A stretch of 64,000 nucleotides of DNA from Candidatus Aenigmatarchaeota archaeon (lineage in GTDB: Archaea > Aenigmatarchaeota > Aenigmatarchaeia > CG10238-14 > SCSR01), in the NCBI GenBank assembly GCA_016177025.1, contig JACOWB010000007.1, positions 7,751-71,750 on the forward strand. The letters run 5' to 3'. The first letter of the stretch is position 1, and every line of letters starts with the position of its first letter. Of this stretch, positions 23,730-32,338 are shown piece by piece. A program made the position numbers and the translations under genes. The notes beneath the pieces are model-generated. The model did not search any database. It was not told the DNA's origin and worked only from the letters and a program-made list of their open reading frames with translations.

Positions 23730-25925
23730 TTAGCTGTAAAACTTTAAGACATTCTGTTTTTCTTCATTTGATTTTTCCTTCTCTACAGACTGTTTCTTAA
23801 TCTCATTTGCAATTTTTAATCCTATGACTGATGACAATTTTTCAATAGATACTTTCCGCAACTTATCGAGTGTATCTAGCCCTGCATTGAAAAGTCTGCG
23901 TGCCCTTACTCGTCCTATACCTTTCAATCTTACCAGAGGTGTTAGTTCTTCCTTGATGCCGTACTTCAATCTTACTCGCAACTTCCTTATTGCAGTTAAA
24001 ATTTCTTTATATCCGCTTAATAGAGCTAGCTCATGTAAAGAATATATCAGCCAATCTACTAACAAAAGCTTGTTGTGAAGTTCGCCTGGCGCCATTTTGA
24101 ATTTGGTAAGAATCTGGTCTTCTGATGCTTCATCGGTCCATCTTTCGAACATAAGCGCCATTTTTATGGAAGCGTGAAAATCCACAAATTCCAAATCATA
24201 TTCTTCTGGAATCTGATGTAAAATATGTTGATACCTTTGCAGAATTACATCGTCTATTTCAGATTTTTCTGAATCCCTTACTGATAATATTGGTCTCATT
24301 TCCAGAGAATTTGAAATTAGCTGCAGAAAACTGAATTCTGTAACCATTCTTTTTCTGGACATGTCCAAAGAATTCAGAAATTGATGCGCTGTCAAAGGAT
24401 CTATATAAAGTTCTGAAACTCTTTTTCCTATTTTGGTGGCATTTAATCCGTATTTGCTTCTTACAATAAGATTCCATTTCAAAAGTTGCTGTAAAATTTC
24501 GTATAATTTTTCTCTTATGGCATCTATATCACCATAATGGAGTGCATAGAATGTTCTGTCAAAAAATTCGAAGAGTGACTCTTCAGAGTTGCAAAATTCG
24601 CTTGAAATTAAAGCTAAGGTATGCATTCTTAACACAGGCTCTAATGCAAGCTTGGATGTTATATCTTCTGGTTGACCAAAAATAAAACGCTGTATCAGGT
24701 CTTTGGCTTCATCTTCCGATTTTGCAAGTAATATCGATTCGCCATATGCATCATATTGAGGCCTTCCGGCTCTGCCGACGAATTGCTTATATTCTAGGAC
24801 TGGGATGTAGCTGGATCCTATCCCTTGATAATACCGTTTGGCGTCTCTAATCAAGACCCTGAATGCCGGTAGATTAACACCCATTGCCAATGTAGGTGTA
24901 GCAACAATCGCTTTTATCTTGCCTGTTCTGAAACTCTCTTCAATTAGAGATTTTTGTTTTCCTAACAATCCTGCATGATGGAATGCCACGCCGTTCCTTA
25001 TACATCCTGCCAATTTCTTACATTGTTGTGTGGGATATTCAAGCACACCCTCCACTTCTTTGCATAACGAGTCCAGGTTCGTCTGTTCGTCGCCTTTCAG
25101 TTTGAATTTGACTGTTTTGCACAATCTTTCGGCTAGGCTCTCGGCATTTTTTCTAGTAGCCGTAAATATCAAAGCTTGCTTGTTCAACTCTAGAGTATTC
25201 TGAACTATAGCATTTTCTACATCTTCGGAATTGTTCAGCTCATAACCGTCCTTTTCATCGAAGTGTATTTTTGAATTGAAAGAAACCCCTTCGTATAATT
25301 TGACGGGTCTGAAATCGCTTATAACTAGTGACGCATTAATCCATCTTGCCAACTCATCGGCATTACTGATTGTTGCTGACAAACCGAGAATCTGCGACTT
25401 TGGTACAATTTTCATGAGCTTTGTTAGTAGAATTTCTAAAGTTGGTCCGCGGGACGAATCATTTAACATGTGTATTTCGTCAACAACTATTAGACCTATC
25501 CTCTTCACCCATTCTACATTGTGTCTCAATAAACTGTCCAATTTTTCATTTGTCAAACAAATGACATCATAATCGGCCAACCGTGGATCAGAGGAATCCA
25601 AATCTCCAACGCTGATAGCGACTTTAAAGTCTCTCCCAAAGAAATTTTTGAAATAGTTGTATTTTTCTCTCGCCAATGCTACAAGAGGGGCTAGATAAAC
25701 AATTTTATGCATTTTCATCTGCAGCAGAGTGTGCAACATTGCCATGGTCGCAATTAAAGTCTTTCCACTGGCTGTCGGCAAGGAGAGTATTAGATTTCTT
25801 TCTTTGAATAACCCTTTCCTGATCACGTCTTCCTGTGGCTGGTACAGCTCTGAAATTTTTTCTTCCTTCAGCTTGTCTACATACTTTTCCGGTATGCCGA
25901 ACCCGGATAACTCTTCTACCCTCAT
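23730..25925 (-). CDS. hel308: Hel308/Hjm-type Ski2-like DNA helicase
   Basis: 731 aa. Motif I PTASGKT, motif II DEIH, SAT and VATPTLAMGVNLPA, with winged-helix, ratchet and C-terminal HhH (RLKGIGRVRARRL) domains. Confidence 0.92.
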   Translation of the reverse strand: MRVEELSGFGIPEKYVDKLKEEKISELYQPQEDVIRKGLFKERNLILSLPTASGKTLIATMAMLHTLLQMKMHKIVYLAPLVALAREKYNYFKNFFGRDFKVAISVGDLDSSDPRLADYDVICLTNEKLDSLLRHNVEWVKRIGLIVVDEIHMLNDSSRGPTLEILLTKLMKIVPKSQILGLSATISNADELARWINASLVISDFRPVKLYEGVSFNSKIHFDEKDGYELNNSEDVENAIVQNTLELNKQALIFTATRKNAESLAERLCKTVKFKLKGDEQTNLDSLCKEVEGVLEYPTQQCKKLAGCIRNGVAFHHAGLLGKQKSLIEESFRTGKIKAIVATPTLAMGVNLPAFRVLIRDAKRYYQGIGSSYIPVLEYKQFVGRAGRPQYDAYGESILLAKSEDEAKDLIQRFIFGQPEDITSKLALEPVLRMHTLALISSEFCNSEESLFEFFDRTFYALHYGDIDAIREKLYEILQQLLKWNLIVRSKYGLNATKIGKRVSELYIDPLTAHQFLNSLDMSRKRMVTEFSFLQLISNSLEMRPILSVRDSEKSEIDDVILQRYQHILHQIPEEYDLEFVDFHASIKMALMFERWTDEASEDQILTKFKMAPGELHNKLLLVDWLIYSLHELALLSGYKEILTAIRKLRVRLKYGIKEELTPLVRLKGIGRVRARRLFNAGLDTLDKLRKVSIEKLSSVIGLKIANEIKKQSVEKEKSNEEKQNVLKFYS

Positions 25926-25973
25926 GAATAGAATGTCTATTTAAAATATTTTTGTTTTATACATTGTGATGGA

Positions 25974-26957
25974 ATGATAGCTTTAGGCATTGAAAGCACC
26001 GCCCATACATTTGGCGTTGCAACCGTGGATGAAAGAGGGAATATTCTATCTAATTCTAGAGATATGTTCAAACCTGAGTTGGGAAAGGGGTTCACGCCCT
26101 ACGAGCTCGCAGAGCACCATTACGGTATATCCGGCGAGATTCTGGATAAATCACTCAAAGAGGCCAACATTACATGGGATAGTATAGATGTTGTCGCTTT
26201 TTCACAGGGGATGGGAATACCGAACTCTTTAAAGGTGGGCGCCGCCTTAGCAAGATACCTCTCCCTAAAGTACAGTAAACCATTGATTGGTGTCAACCAT
26301 GGCATTGCCCATATAGAAATAGGCAAGTTGAAAACCGGTTCTAGTGATCCTGTTATTGTATATCTGTCTGGAGGAAACTCCCAGATTCTTGCATATGTAA
26401 GCGGCAGATATAGGGTATTTGGAGAGACCCAGGATATACCCGTAGGAAATGCTCTGGATGTCCTTGCACGTGAACTGGGGTTGCCTATGCCAGGTGGGCC
26501 TGAAATCGAGAAGATAGCTAAAAACGGTGGCTTCACCGACCTTCCATATGTCGTCAAGGGGATGGACATGTCCTTCACAGGAATAATGACGGCCGCCATA
26601 GAAAAATTCAAGGAAGGTGTTAGAAAGGAGGATATAGCATATTCTATGCAGGAAGTCTGCTTTTCCATGCTAACCGAGGTTACTGAAAGGGCTTTGGCAC
26701 ACACCAATAAAAAAGAAGTTTTGCTTGTAGGAGGAGTTGCTGCTAACAAGAGATTACAGGAAATGATGAAGGTAATGTGCGAGGAAAGAGGTGCGAACTT
26801 TTATGTCGTCCCGCAAGAATATGCGGGCGATAATGGATCGAATATAGCTTGGGCTGGTATTTTGGTTTATAATTCGAATGGAAAGCTTTCTGTAGAAGAC
26901 AGTCGTGTAAAGCAAAATTGGCGCACAGAAGATGTGGAAATAACCTGGCTTAAATAA
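25974..26957 (+). CDS. kae1: tRNA N6-adenosine threonylcarbamoyltransferase Kae1
   Basis: 327 aa. IALGIESTAHTFGVA, VNHGIAHIE and GGVAANKRLQEM. There is no fused Bud32 kinase. Confidence 0.93.
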   Translation: MIALGIESTAHTFGVATVDERGNILSNSRDMFKPELGKGFTPYELAEHHYGISGEILDKSLKEANITWDSIDVVAFSQGMGIPNSLKVGAALARYLSLKYSKPLIGVNHGIAHIEIGKLKTGSSDPVIVYLSGGNSQILAYVSGRYRVFGETQDIPVGNALDVLARELGLPMPGGPEIEKIAKNGGFTDLPYVVKGMDMSFTGIMTAAIEKFKEGVRKEDIAYSMQEVCFSMLTEVTERALAHTNKKEVLLVGGVAANKRLQEMMKVMCEERGANFYVVPQEYAGDNGSNIAWAGILVYNSNGKLSVEDSRVKQNWRTEDVEITWLK

Positions 26958-27213
26958 GCTCGTTCTCGCTGATTATAACAAAATCGCCAATAGACTTAAC
27001 CGAGCTGAATGGCACTAGCATCCTTCCCTTATCGTCTGTCTTTAGATTTAACTCTGTAAGGTGCCTCGTAGGTTGGTCCACGACTATGTTCATCAGTTCG
27101 CCGCTTTCTGTCACAAAATCGACGTTTGTCACCACTCCAAACTTTCGACCAGTTTCCTCGCTGATTATAGTCTTGCCGACGACATCACCAGCACGTATTC
27201 TTGACTCACCCAT
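26950..27213 (-). CDS. PRC-barrel domain protein
   Basis: 87 aa. GKTIISEETGRKFGVVTNVDF...G.L..IVV is the PRC-barrel pattern. Confidence 0.7.
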   Translation of the reverse strand: MGESRIRAGDVVGKTIISEETGRKFGVVTNVDFVTESGELMNIVVDQPTRHLTELNLKTDDKGRMLVPFSSVKSIGDFVIISENELI

Positions 27214-27254
27214 AAAACTCTGAATATAATTAGGTTGTTAATTTAATAAAGTTT

Positions 27255-27785
27255 ATGGTAAGAGTTTTCGTCGGAATCACTGTACCAGCAGATATTAAAA
27301 GATATGTGATGGGTATTCAAAGTGGGCTTGTAGCGTTGCCTGCCAAAACAAAATTTGTAGAATCTGAAAATTTACATGTAAGTTTATCGTTTCTGGGTGA
27401 GATTGATGAAAACCACATCGAAAGTATAAAATCTAAGCTTGTCGCGTTAGCCAATTTGCACGAAAAATTTAAGATTGCATTTGGTGGGTTAGAATTGATA
27501 CCGAATGGACAATTCATAAGGGTTATCGCATTGGCTGTTAAGAGCGGCTATCTTGAAACCCTCAGAAAGGAGATTGTCAAAACTGTTGGAGGTGAGAGTC
27601 ATCCTGCACATTTAACATTGGCAAGAGTATCCAATGTGGCAGAAAAGAAGAAATTTGTTGATGTAATCAAAGAGATTAAATGTGAAGAAAAAAATATGCT
27701 TGTCGGAGATATCTGCTTAATCCAAAGTACCCTGCAAAAGCATGGACCGTTATACACGGTCTTGCACAAAAGTTATTTAAAATAG
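27255..27785 (+). CDS. thpR: RNA 2',3'-cyclic phosphodiesterase (2H family, ThpR/LigT)
   Basis: 176 aa with two HxS/T motifs: HVSLSFLG and HLTLARV. Confidence 0.88.
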   Translation: MVRVFVGITVPADIKRYVMGIQSGLVALPAKTKFVESENLHVSLSFLGEIDENHIESIKSKLVALANLHEKFKIAFGGLELIPNGQFIRVIALAVKSGYLETLRKEIVKTVGGESHPAHLTLARVSNVAEKKKFVDVIKEIKCEEKNMLVGDICLIQSTLQKHGPLYTVLHKSYLK

Positions 27786-27821
27786 AAGCTGAATTCTTCT
27801 ATGGTGTTTTCCAGCATATAA

Positions 27822-28610
27822 TCAAAGCAGTTCCGTTATATCGCATTCTGTGACTATACCTTTCAGGACATTTTTTTCGGTTATCACAGGTAGTCCGCTT
27901 ATTTTATTTTCTATCATCATCTTTACAGCGCTTGAGACGTCCTCATGAGGATGTACAAAAAATACATGAGGCGTCATTATAGATTCGGTTTTATTGTGCA
28001 TCACTGTAGGATTATAGTTTGATCCGTCAAGATATCTTAGGATATCCTTCCCTGTGACTATGCCTATCATCTCATTTTTTTCCACAACTGGCAACCTCCT
28101 GTATTGTGTGTTCACCATGGTTTTCATGCATTCTAAAATCGAAATATTTTGAGTTATAAAAAAGGGCTTATGGGACATTATATCACCGACTGCGACACCG
28201 AGATACTTTTCGTAAAGTATTTTTACAAAGTCTGACTCTGAAACCATCCCCAACAGTTTATTTTTCTTTATCAGAGGCAATCCGTCTCTTTTTGAGATTT
28301 TCATTTTTTTCAAAACAAAATCGATGCTTTCACTTGGCTCGCAGAACACAACTTCCCGTGTCATAAATTCCGATATCTTTACATTTTTTGACAAACCTCT
28401 TAGCAAAGCGTCAAGTATGTCCATATAAGTCACGATTCCGACAATCTCCTGCCTTTTTGAGACTACTGGTATACGCCTATGGTCGGAGGAAAGTATTGTT
28501 TTCACGACAGTGGACAAACTCTCGAATTCAAATGCGTAGGAAGGAGCCAGATTAGCGATATGTATAACGCTTTCCGCTTTGCTTATACCCAAATCTTCTA
28601 ATTTTATCAT
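27822..28610 (-). CDS. CBS-domain protein (four CBS repeats)
   Basis: 262 aa with repeated ...P.V......GIVT..DI... modules. Confidence 0.8.
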   Translation of the reverse strand: MIKLEDLGISKAESVIHIANLAPSYAFEFESLSTVVKTILSSDHRRIPVVSKRQEIVGIVTYMDILDALLRGLSKNVKISEFMTREVVFCEPSESIDFVLKKMKISKRDGLPLIKKNKLLGMVSESDFVKILYEKYLGVAVGDIMSHKPFFITQNISILECMKTMVNTQYRRLPVVEKNEMIGIVTGKDILRYLDGSNYNPTVMHNKTESIMTPHVFFVHPHEDVSSAVKMMIENKISGLPVITEKNVLKGIVTECDITELL

Positions 28611-29149
28611 AATTCCTTTTCTTCTCTGCAGTCGTCACATATCCACTGATCTTCAACGTTCCTCAAATCTTCCGAGTAGTTATCGCATGAATCGCATAAA
28701 CCGATCGTGATTCGCTCCTTCAGCGTAAAAGGTTTTTCTTTCATCTTAAGTCTATACTCGAGCAAATCCAGCATTTCTGGCGAAGTTTTAGCTATGTCCG
28801 TTAAAGACACCACACCCGCCAAACGTCCTTCTGATAAGACAGTCAATCGGTGAACGTTGTTTTGTTTCATTTTTCTTGTCGCCGAAAGAATGTCATCTTC
28901 CTTGTCTACAGCTATTATTGGTTCGTGCATTAAATCGGCCAACTTCACTTTATCGGCCTTGATGCTTTTGCATACTATCTCTGTGATTAAATCGCTCTCG
29001 GAAATAACACCTGCTGGGTTCCCATTCTTCACAACTACAAGAAATCCCTTTCTATGCTTGCGCATTAGTTTTCCTGCATCACGAGCAGTCTTTCCTATGC
29101 CTATTGTTAGAACCGGGGACGACATTACATCCTTAACAAGAACCGCCAT
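28607..29149 (-). CDS. CBS-domain pair protein with a C-terminal zinc ribbon
   Basis: 180 aa with two CBS repeats, then CDSC-x16-CDDC. Confidence 0.8.
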   Translation of the reverse strand: MAVLVKDVMSSPVLTIGIGKTARDAGKLMRKHRKGFLVVVKNGNPAGVISESDLITEIVCKSIKADKVKLADLMHEPIIAVDKEDDILSATRKMKQNNVHRLTVLSEGRLAGVVSLTDIAKTSPEMLDLLEYRLKMKEKPFTLKERITIGLCDSCDNYSEDLRNVEDQWICDDCREEKEL

Positions 29150-29184
29150 CTGAACACCTATAATCTATTGTAATTTGTCGGATA

Positions 29185-29511
29185 TTAATAAACCTTGAGA
29201 AAAGATTTCAACAATTCGCCGTCTGCCCCGGTTATTTTCTGATTCGGTGGCAGAATTCTTATTTTATTATATCCAAAATCGACAACCAAGAAGAACGGAA
29301 ATCCCTCAAACTCGTGTTTATTATAGCCGTAGTAGTAAAGGGTTTTTTTGTTTGTTGATTTGATTTGCAGTAAAATGCATCTGCCTTTTTTCAGACAAAT
29401 AAGATCAGCTTCACCCAGGCTCGCCCCCGCACGTATGACCGTCCACCCAGACTTTTGAAACAATAATCTGATTTTTCTCTCTACTCTATACCCCTTTCTC
29501 TTTGTGTGCAT
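29185..29511 (-). CDS. hjc: Holliday junction resolvase Hjc
   Basis: 108 aa. KGYRVERKIRLLFQKSGWTVIRAGASLGEADLICLKKGRCILLQIKST carries the nuclease-fold E...D...QxK motif of archaeal Hjc. Confidence 0.8.
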   Translation of the reverse strand: MHTKRKGYRVERKIRLLFQKSGWTVIRAGASLGEADLICLKKGRCILLQIKSTNKKTLYYYGYNKHEFEGFPFFLVVDFGYNKIRILPPNQKITGADGELLKSFLKVY

Positions 29512-29543
29512 TATTTAATAATTTGTGTTTAAGATAAATTGAT

Positions 29544-30224
29544 ATGACTAACATAGCTGTCATAGGGTGTATACATGGGGATATAGAAAACCTCATGAGA
29601 TTCTTGGATAAGATGGCACTTCTGAAGATAGATATTTTAGTCTGCCCTGGCGACTTTACAGACTTTACGACCCAAAAGGGATTTACCAGACTCGACATCG
29701 GCAAGATAATTTTGGAAGAGCTCAGGGGTCTAGGCAAACCGATTCTTACAGTCCCAGGGAGTTGGGATGGTGAGTTGCTTGGATTTTTGAAAAAGGAGAA
29801 TGTTAGTATTCACGCGGAAGGGAGGATGATAGAAGATATAGGGTTCTACGGATACGGGGGTGCCAAGACGCCGTTCAACACCCCATTCGAACCAAGTGAG
29901 GGGGAAATAGAATTGGGCCTTGAAAAGGCGTATAATGAAATCAAAAAAGCGAAAGTAAAGATACAAATCACCCATGCGCCCCCATTCGGAACAAAACTTG
30001 ATGTTATAGCTAGCGGTGCCCATGTTGGGTCGGATGTTGTGAGGAATTTTATAGAATCTAAAAGTCCCGATGCTGCGATATGCGCGCATATACATGAAGG
30101 CAGGGGTACTGATGTGCTCGAAAAGACGAAATTAATAAATCCTGGTAGATTTCCAGAAGGTTATTTGGGTCTTGTTGAGGTTAATGATTCCAAAATAATA
30201 ACAAAAGTAACAAGTCTAATATGA
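29544..30224 (+). CDS. calcineurin-like metallophosphoesterase
   Basis: 226 aa. Motifs GCIHGD, PGDFTD, GSWD, THAPP and HIHEG. Confidence 0.85.
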   Translation: MTNIAVIGCIHGDIENLMRFLDKMALLKIDILVCPGDFTDFTTQKGFTRLDIGKIILEELRGLGKPILTVPGSWDGELLGFLKKENVSIHAEGRMIEDIGFYGYGGAKTPFNTPFEPSEGEIELGLEKAYNEIKKAKVKIQITHAPPFGTKLDVIASGAHVGSDVVRNFIESKSPDAAICAHIHEGRGTDVLEKTKLINPGRFPEGYLGLVEVNDSKIITKVTSLI

Positions 30225-30293
30225 TATATCCAGAATATAAATTGATTTTTAAACAGGCTGGTAATGCTATATCCTCGCATGTGAGGAATTTTA

Positions 30294-30683
30294 ATGGTCG
30301 GTCTCATTTCTACAGTTTTCGAATCTACACAAAGAGATAATATAAACTCTGATTTGGAAAAGGCAATTGTTTTGGCGGAAAAATTAGACTTTCTAGACAT
30401 ACAATTACTGAGGAAATTTTATATGAATGGAAAGGAATACCCCTTTAACCACCAGCCATATTGTTTTCCATTATTATTCAGTGAAATGAAGGTTAGCCAT
30501 AAAATAAAAATTGGTATGGAAGCTTTGAGGAAGAGGTTGAATAATATGGTTGACCTTGGATTATTGGAGAAAATCAAACATTCAAACCCAGCAAATTACG
30601 GGCCTATTGTAGATAAATCACTTTTCATACGTGCTGTAATAACAAAATTCTTTGTGATAAATGGGTTAACTAAATTTTTATAA
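30294..30683 (+). CDS. putative winged-helix DNA-binding protein
   Basis: 129 aa. LDIQLLRKFYMNG...MEALRKRLNNMVDLGLLEKI is HTH-like. It borders the AT-rich spacer. Confidence 0.5.
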   Translation: MVGLISTVFESTQRDNINSDLEKAIVLAEKLDFLDIQLLRKFYMNGKEYPFNHQPYCFPLLFSEMKVSHKIKIGMEALRKRLNNMVDLGLLEKIKHSNPANYGPIVDKSLFIRAVITKFFVINGLTKFL

Positions 30684-30698
30684 TGTTTTCTACAAATA

Positions 30699-30755
30699 AT
30701 TATGATGTTTCCTAAACAATTTTATTATCTTTCCTCTTAAATATTATGATGTTTC
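30699..30755. repeat. 13-bp direct repeat ATTATGATGTTTC, two copies
   Basis: Copies at 30699-30711 and 30743-30755, inside the 320-bp AT-rich intergenic region. Confidence 0.75.
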
Positions 30756-30832
30756 AAACGAATAACGTTAAGTTTTCTTCCCACGTTTCATATAGACGTA
30801 GAAAAACTAACTTCGCTTCTTAGTTATTATAA

Positions 30833-30862
30833 ATAATTTAATAATTTAATAATTTAATAATA
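30833..30862. repeat. tandem 8-mer repeat (ATAATTTA, three copies plus a partial one)
   Basis: Read directly: ataatttaataatttaataatttaataata. Confidence 0.8.
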
Positions 30863-30971
30863 ACTATGTTATATATATAAATATATTTTCTTAAACTAAA
30901 AAAAACAATCAAATTTTATAATACAGCCTATTACAACTTCTAATAGAAAGACCATAGTTTTCCACAGAATG

Positions 30972-30980
30972 TTTATAAAA
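30972..30980 (+). promoter_or_regulatory. TATA-box-like element (TTTATAAAA) about 28 nt upstream of the 31004 ATG, implying a leaderless transcript
   Basis: The sequence and spacing fit an archaeal promoter. It is bracketed by the 8-bp inverted repeat ATAGTTTT/AAAACTAT (30954-30986). Confidence 0.35.
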
Positions 30981-31003
30981 ACTATACATCATTATTATCT
31001 GAT

Positions 31004-31261
31004 ATGAAAAGAGGCAGACCTAATATAAGACAAACAATACAAACAAACATCATTACCATATTAGACCGTATGGGTACGCCAATTACCATCTCTACACTTC
31101 TCAGAGAGATAACTACAACAATCAGTAGAAAGGTAAGTTGGAACACTATACAAAAATACACACAAGAACTTGTAGAAAGCGGTAGAATTCAGGCGACACA
31201 ACTACCCCATTCAAAGAAAGAAAACCAAAACGGTCTCGTTGTGTATACTTTAAAAAAGTAG
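31004..31261 (+). CDS. small winged-helix DNA-binding protein
   Basis: 85 aa. ITILDRMGTPITISTLLREI...SWNTIQKYTQELVESGRIQ is HTH-like. Confidence 0.55.
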   Translation: MKRGRPNIRQTIQTNIITILDRMGTPITISTLLREITTTISRKVSWNTIQKYTQELVESGRIQATQLPHSKKENQNGLVVYTLKK

Positions 31262-31279
31262 AAATACTCTACCCTTTAT

Positions 31280-32329
31280 ATGGAAAAGAATGATATCCTT
31301 AAGGAGTTTCTAAATCAGGGTTTGCAGGTTGATAGTGCCGCATTAGATATACTAATGGATAATAAAAAACTATTTGAGGAGGTTCTGAAGATTGGAGGTA
31401 AAGGATTACCGACAGTTATTACCAAGGAGTTTCTTAGTTCCCTATCACCAGCACACGAAAAAATTTCAGTGGAAAAATTATCGGAAATAGTGAAATATAG
31501 GTACATGTTTATCAAAAAATTACTTTTAGATAAAATGTCTGGCAATGTAATATCTATAAATAAAATAAGTGAAAAGACAAAAGATTTTTCCGTTATAGGG
31601 TTGGTTTCCACCAGAAATGGCAATATAACACTTGAAGACGCAACCGGAAAAGATAATTTTAAAGCTGATGATGAAAGCAGTAAAAATATTGTGGAAGATG
31701 AAGTGGTAGGCTTAATATGCAGTCGTAAAGATGGAACAAATCATATCAATGAAATCATCTTTCCTGATATACCACTACGCAGGTCATTTACAAAAGGAGA
31801 GCTGGCAAGGAAAGCAATATTCATTTCCGGAACACTTGACAAAAACACATACGATAAGTTGGTCGATAAAATTAAAATTGAACATAATGCAACGGTTTTT
31901 ATTTTAGGCGGAACAATACCAGAGGGCGAACTGAAAAAATTCACATCAAATACACCCTACACAACGCACGTATACACAAGTACTTTGCAGAATCATCCTG
32001 TTAGCGTAGAGATAGACACTGTAAAACTACTTTTTTTAAATGGCCATGATCTTGATTACTATAGAAAAATATGGACCGATTTCGATACGTTAATAATAAA
32101 TCTGCTGAAAAAAAGAAATTTTCACCCAACGATAACCCCTCAATCATATGATAATAGGTTCCTAGTAGAAACGGTACCGGATATAATTATCATAACCGAC
32201 GCAGAAGATACGAGAGACTTGAATTATAAGGGCACTACTATACTGACCATGGAGAGTATTGATAAGAAACCTATATACTGGCTAATAAATTTACAAACAC
32301 GAGAAACATTTAAAACTGTTTTATCATAA
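31280..32329 (+). CDS. DP1-like DNA polymerase small (B) subunit with a degenerate phosphoesterase domain
   Basis: 349 aa. Has a DP1-type N-terminal helical domain, then an OB fold (FSVIGLVSTRNGNITLEDATG...VVGLICSRKDG...IFPDIPL). The PDE-like C-terminus has its metal-ligand motifs replaced: ISGTLD, ILGGTIPEG, STLQNHP and ITDAED. LLKKRNFHPT...LVETVPDIIIIT matches the DP1 pattern LLK.RHLAPT...LVIEEVPD. Confidence 0.75.
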   Translation: MEKNDILKEFLNQGLQVDSAALDILMDNKKLFEEVLKIGGKGLPTVITKEFLSSLSPAHEKISVEKLSEIVKYRYMFIKKLLLDKMSGNVISINKISEKTKDFSVIGLVSTRNGNITLEDATGKDNFKADDESSKNIVEDEVVGLICSRKDGTNHINEIIFPDIPLRRSFTKGELARKAIFISGTLDKNTYDKLVDKIKIEHNATVFILGGTIPEGELKKFTSNTPYTTHVYTSTLQNHPVSVEIDTVKLLFLNGHDLDYYRKIWTDFDTLIINLLKKRNFHPTITPQSYDNRFLVETVPDIIIITDAEDTRDLNYKGTTILTMESIDKKPIYWLINLQTRETFKTVLS

Positions 32330-32338
32330 ACTTAGAAT

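Noticed and set aside
30699-30755. ATGATGT repeats resembling C / C' boxes of a C/D box sRNA
   Set aside because: No CTGA D or D' box lies at the required spacing, and the C-box match is imperfect (RUGAUGA is expected). I treat them as plain direct repeats.
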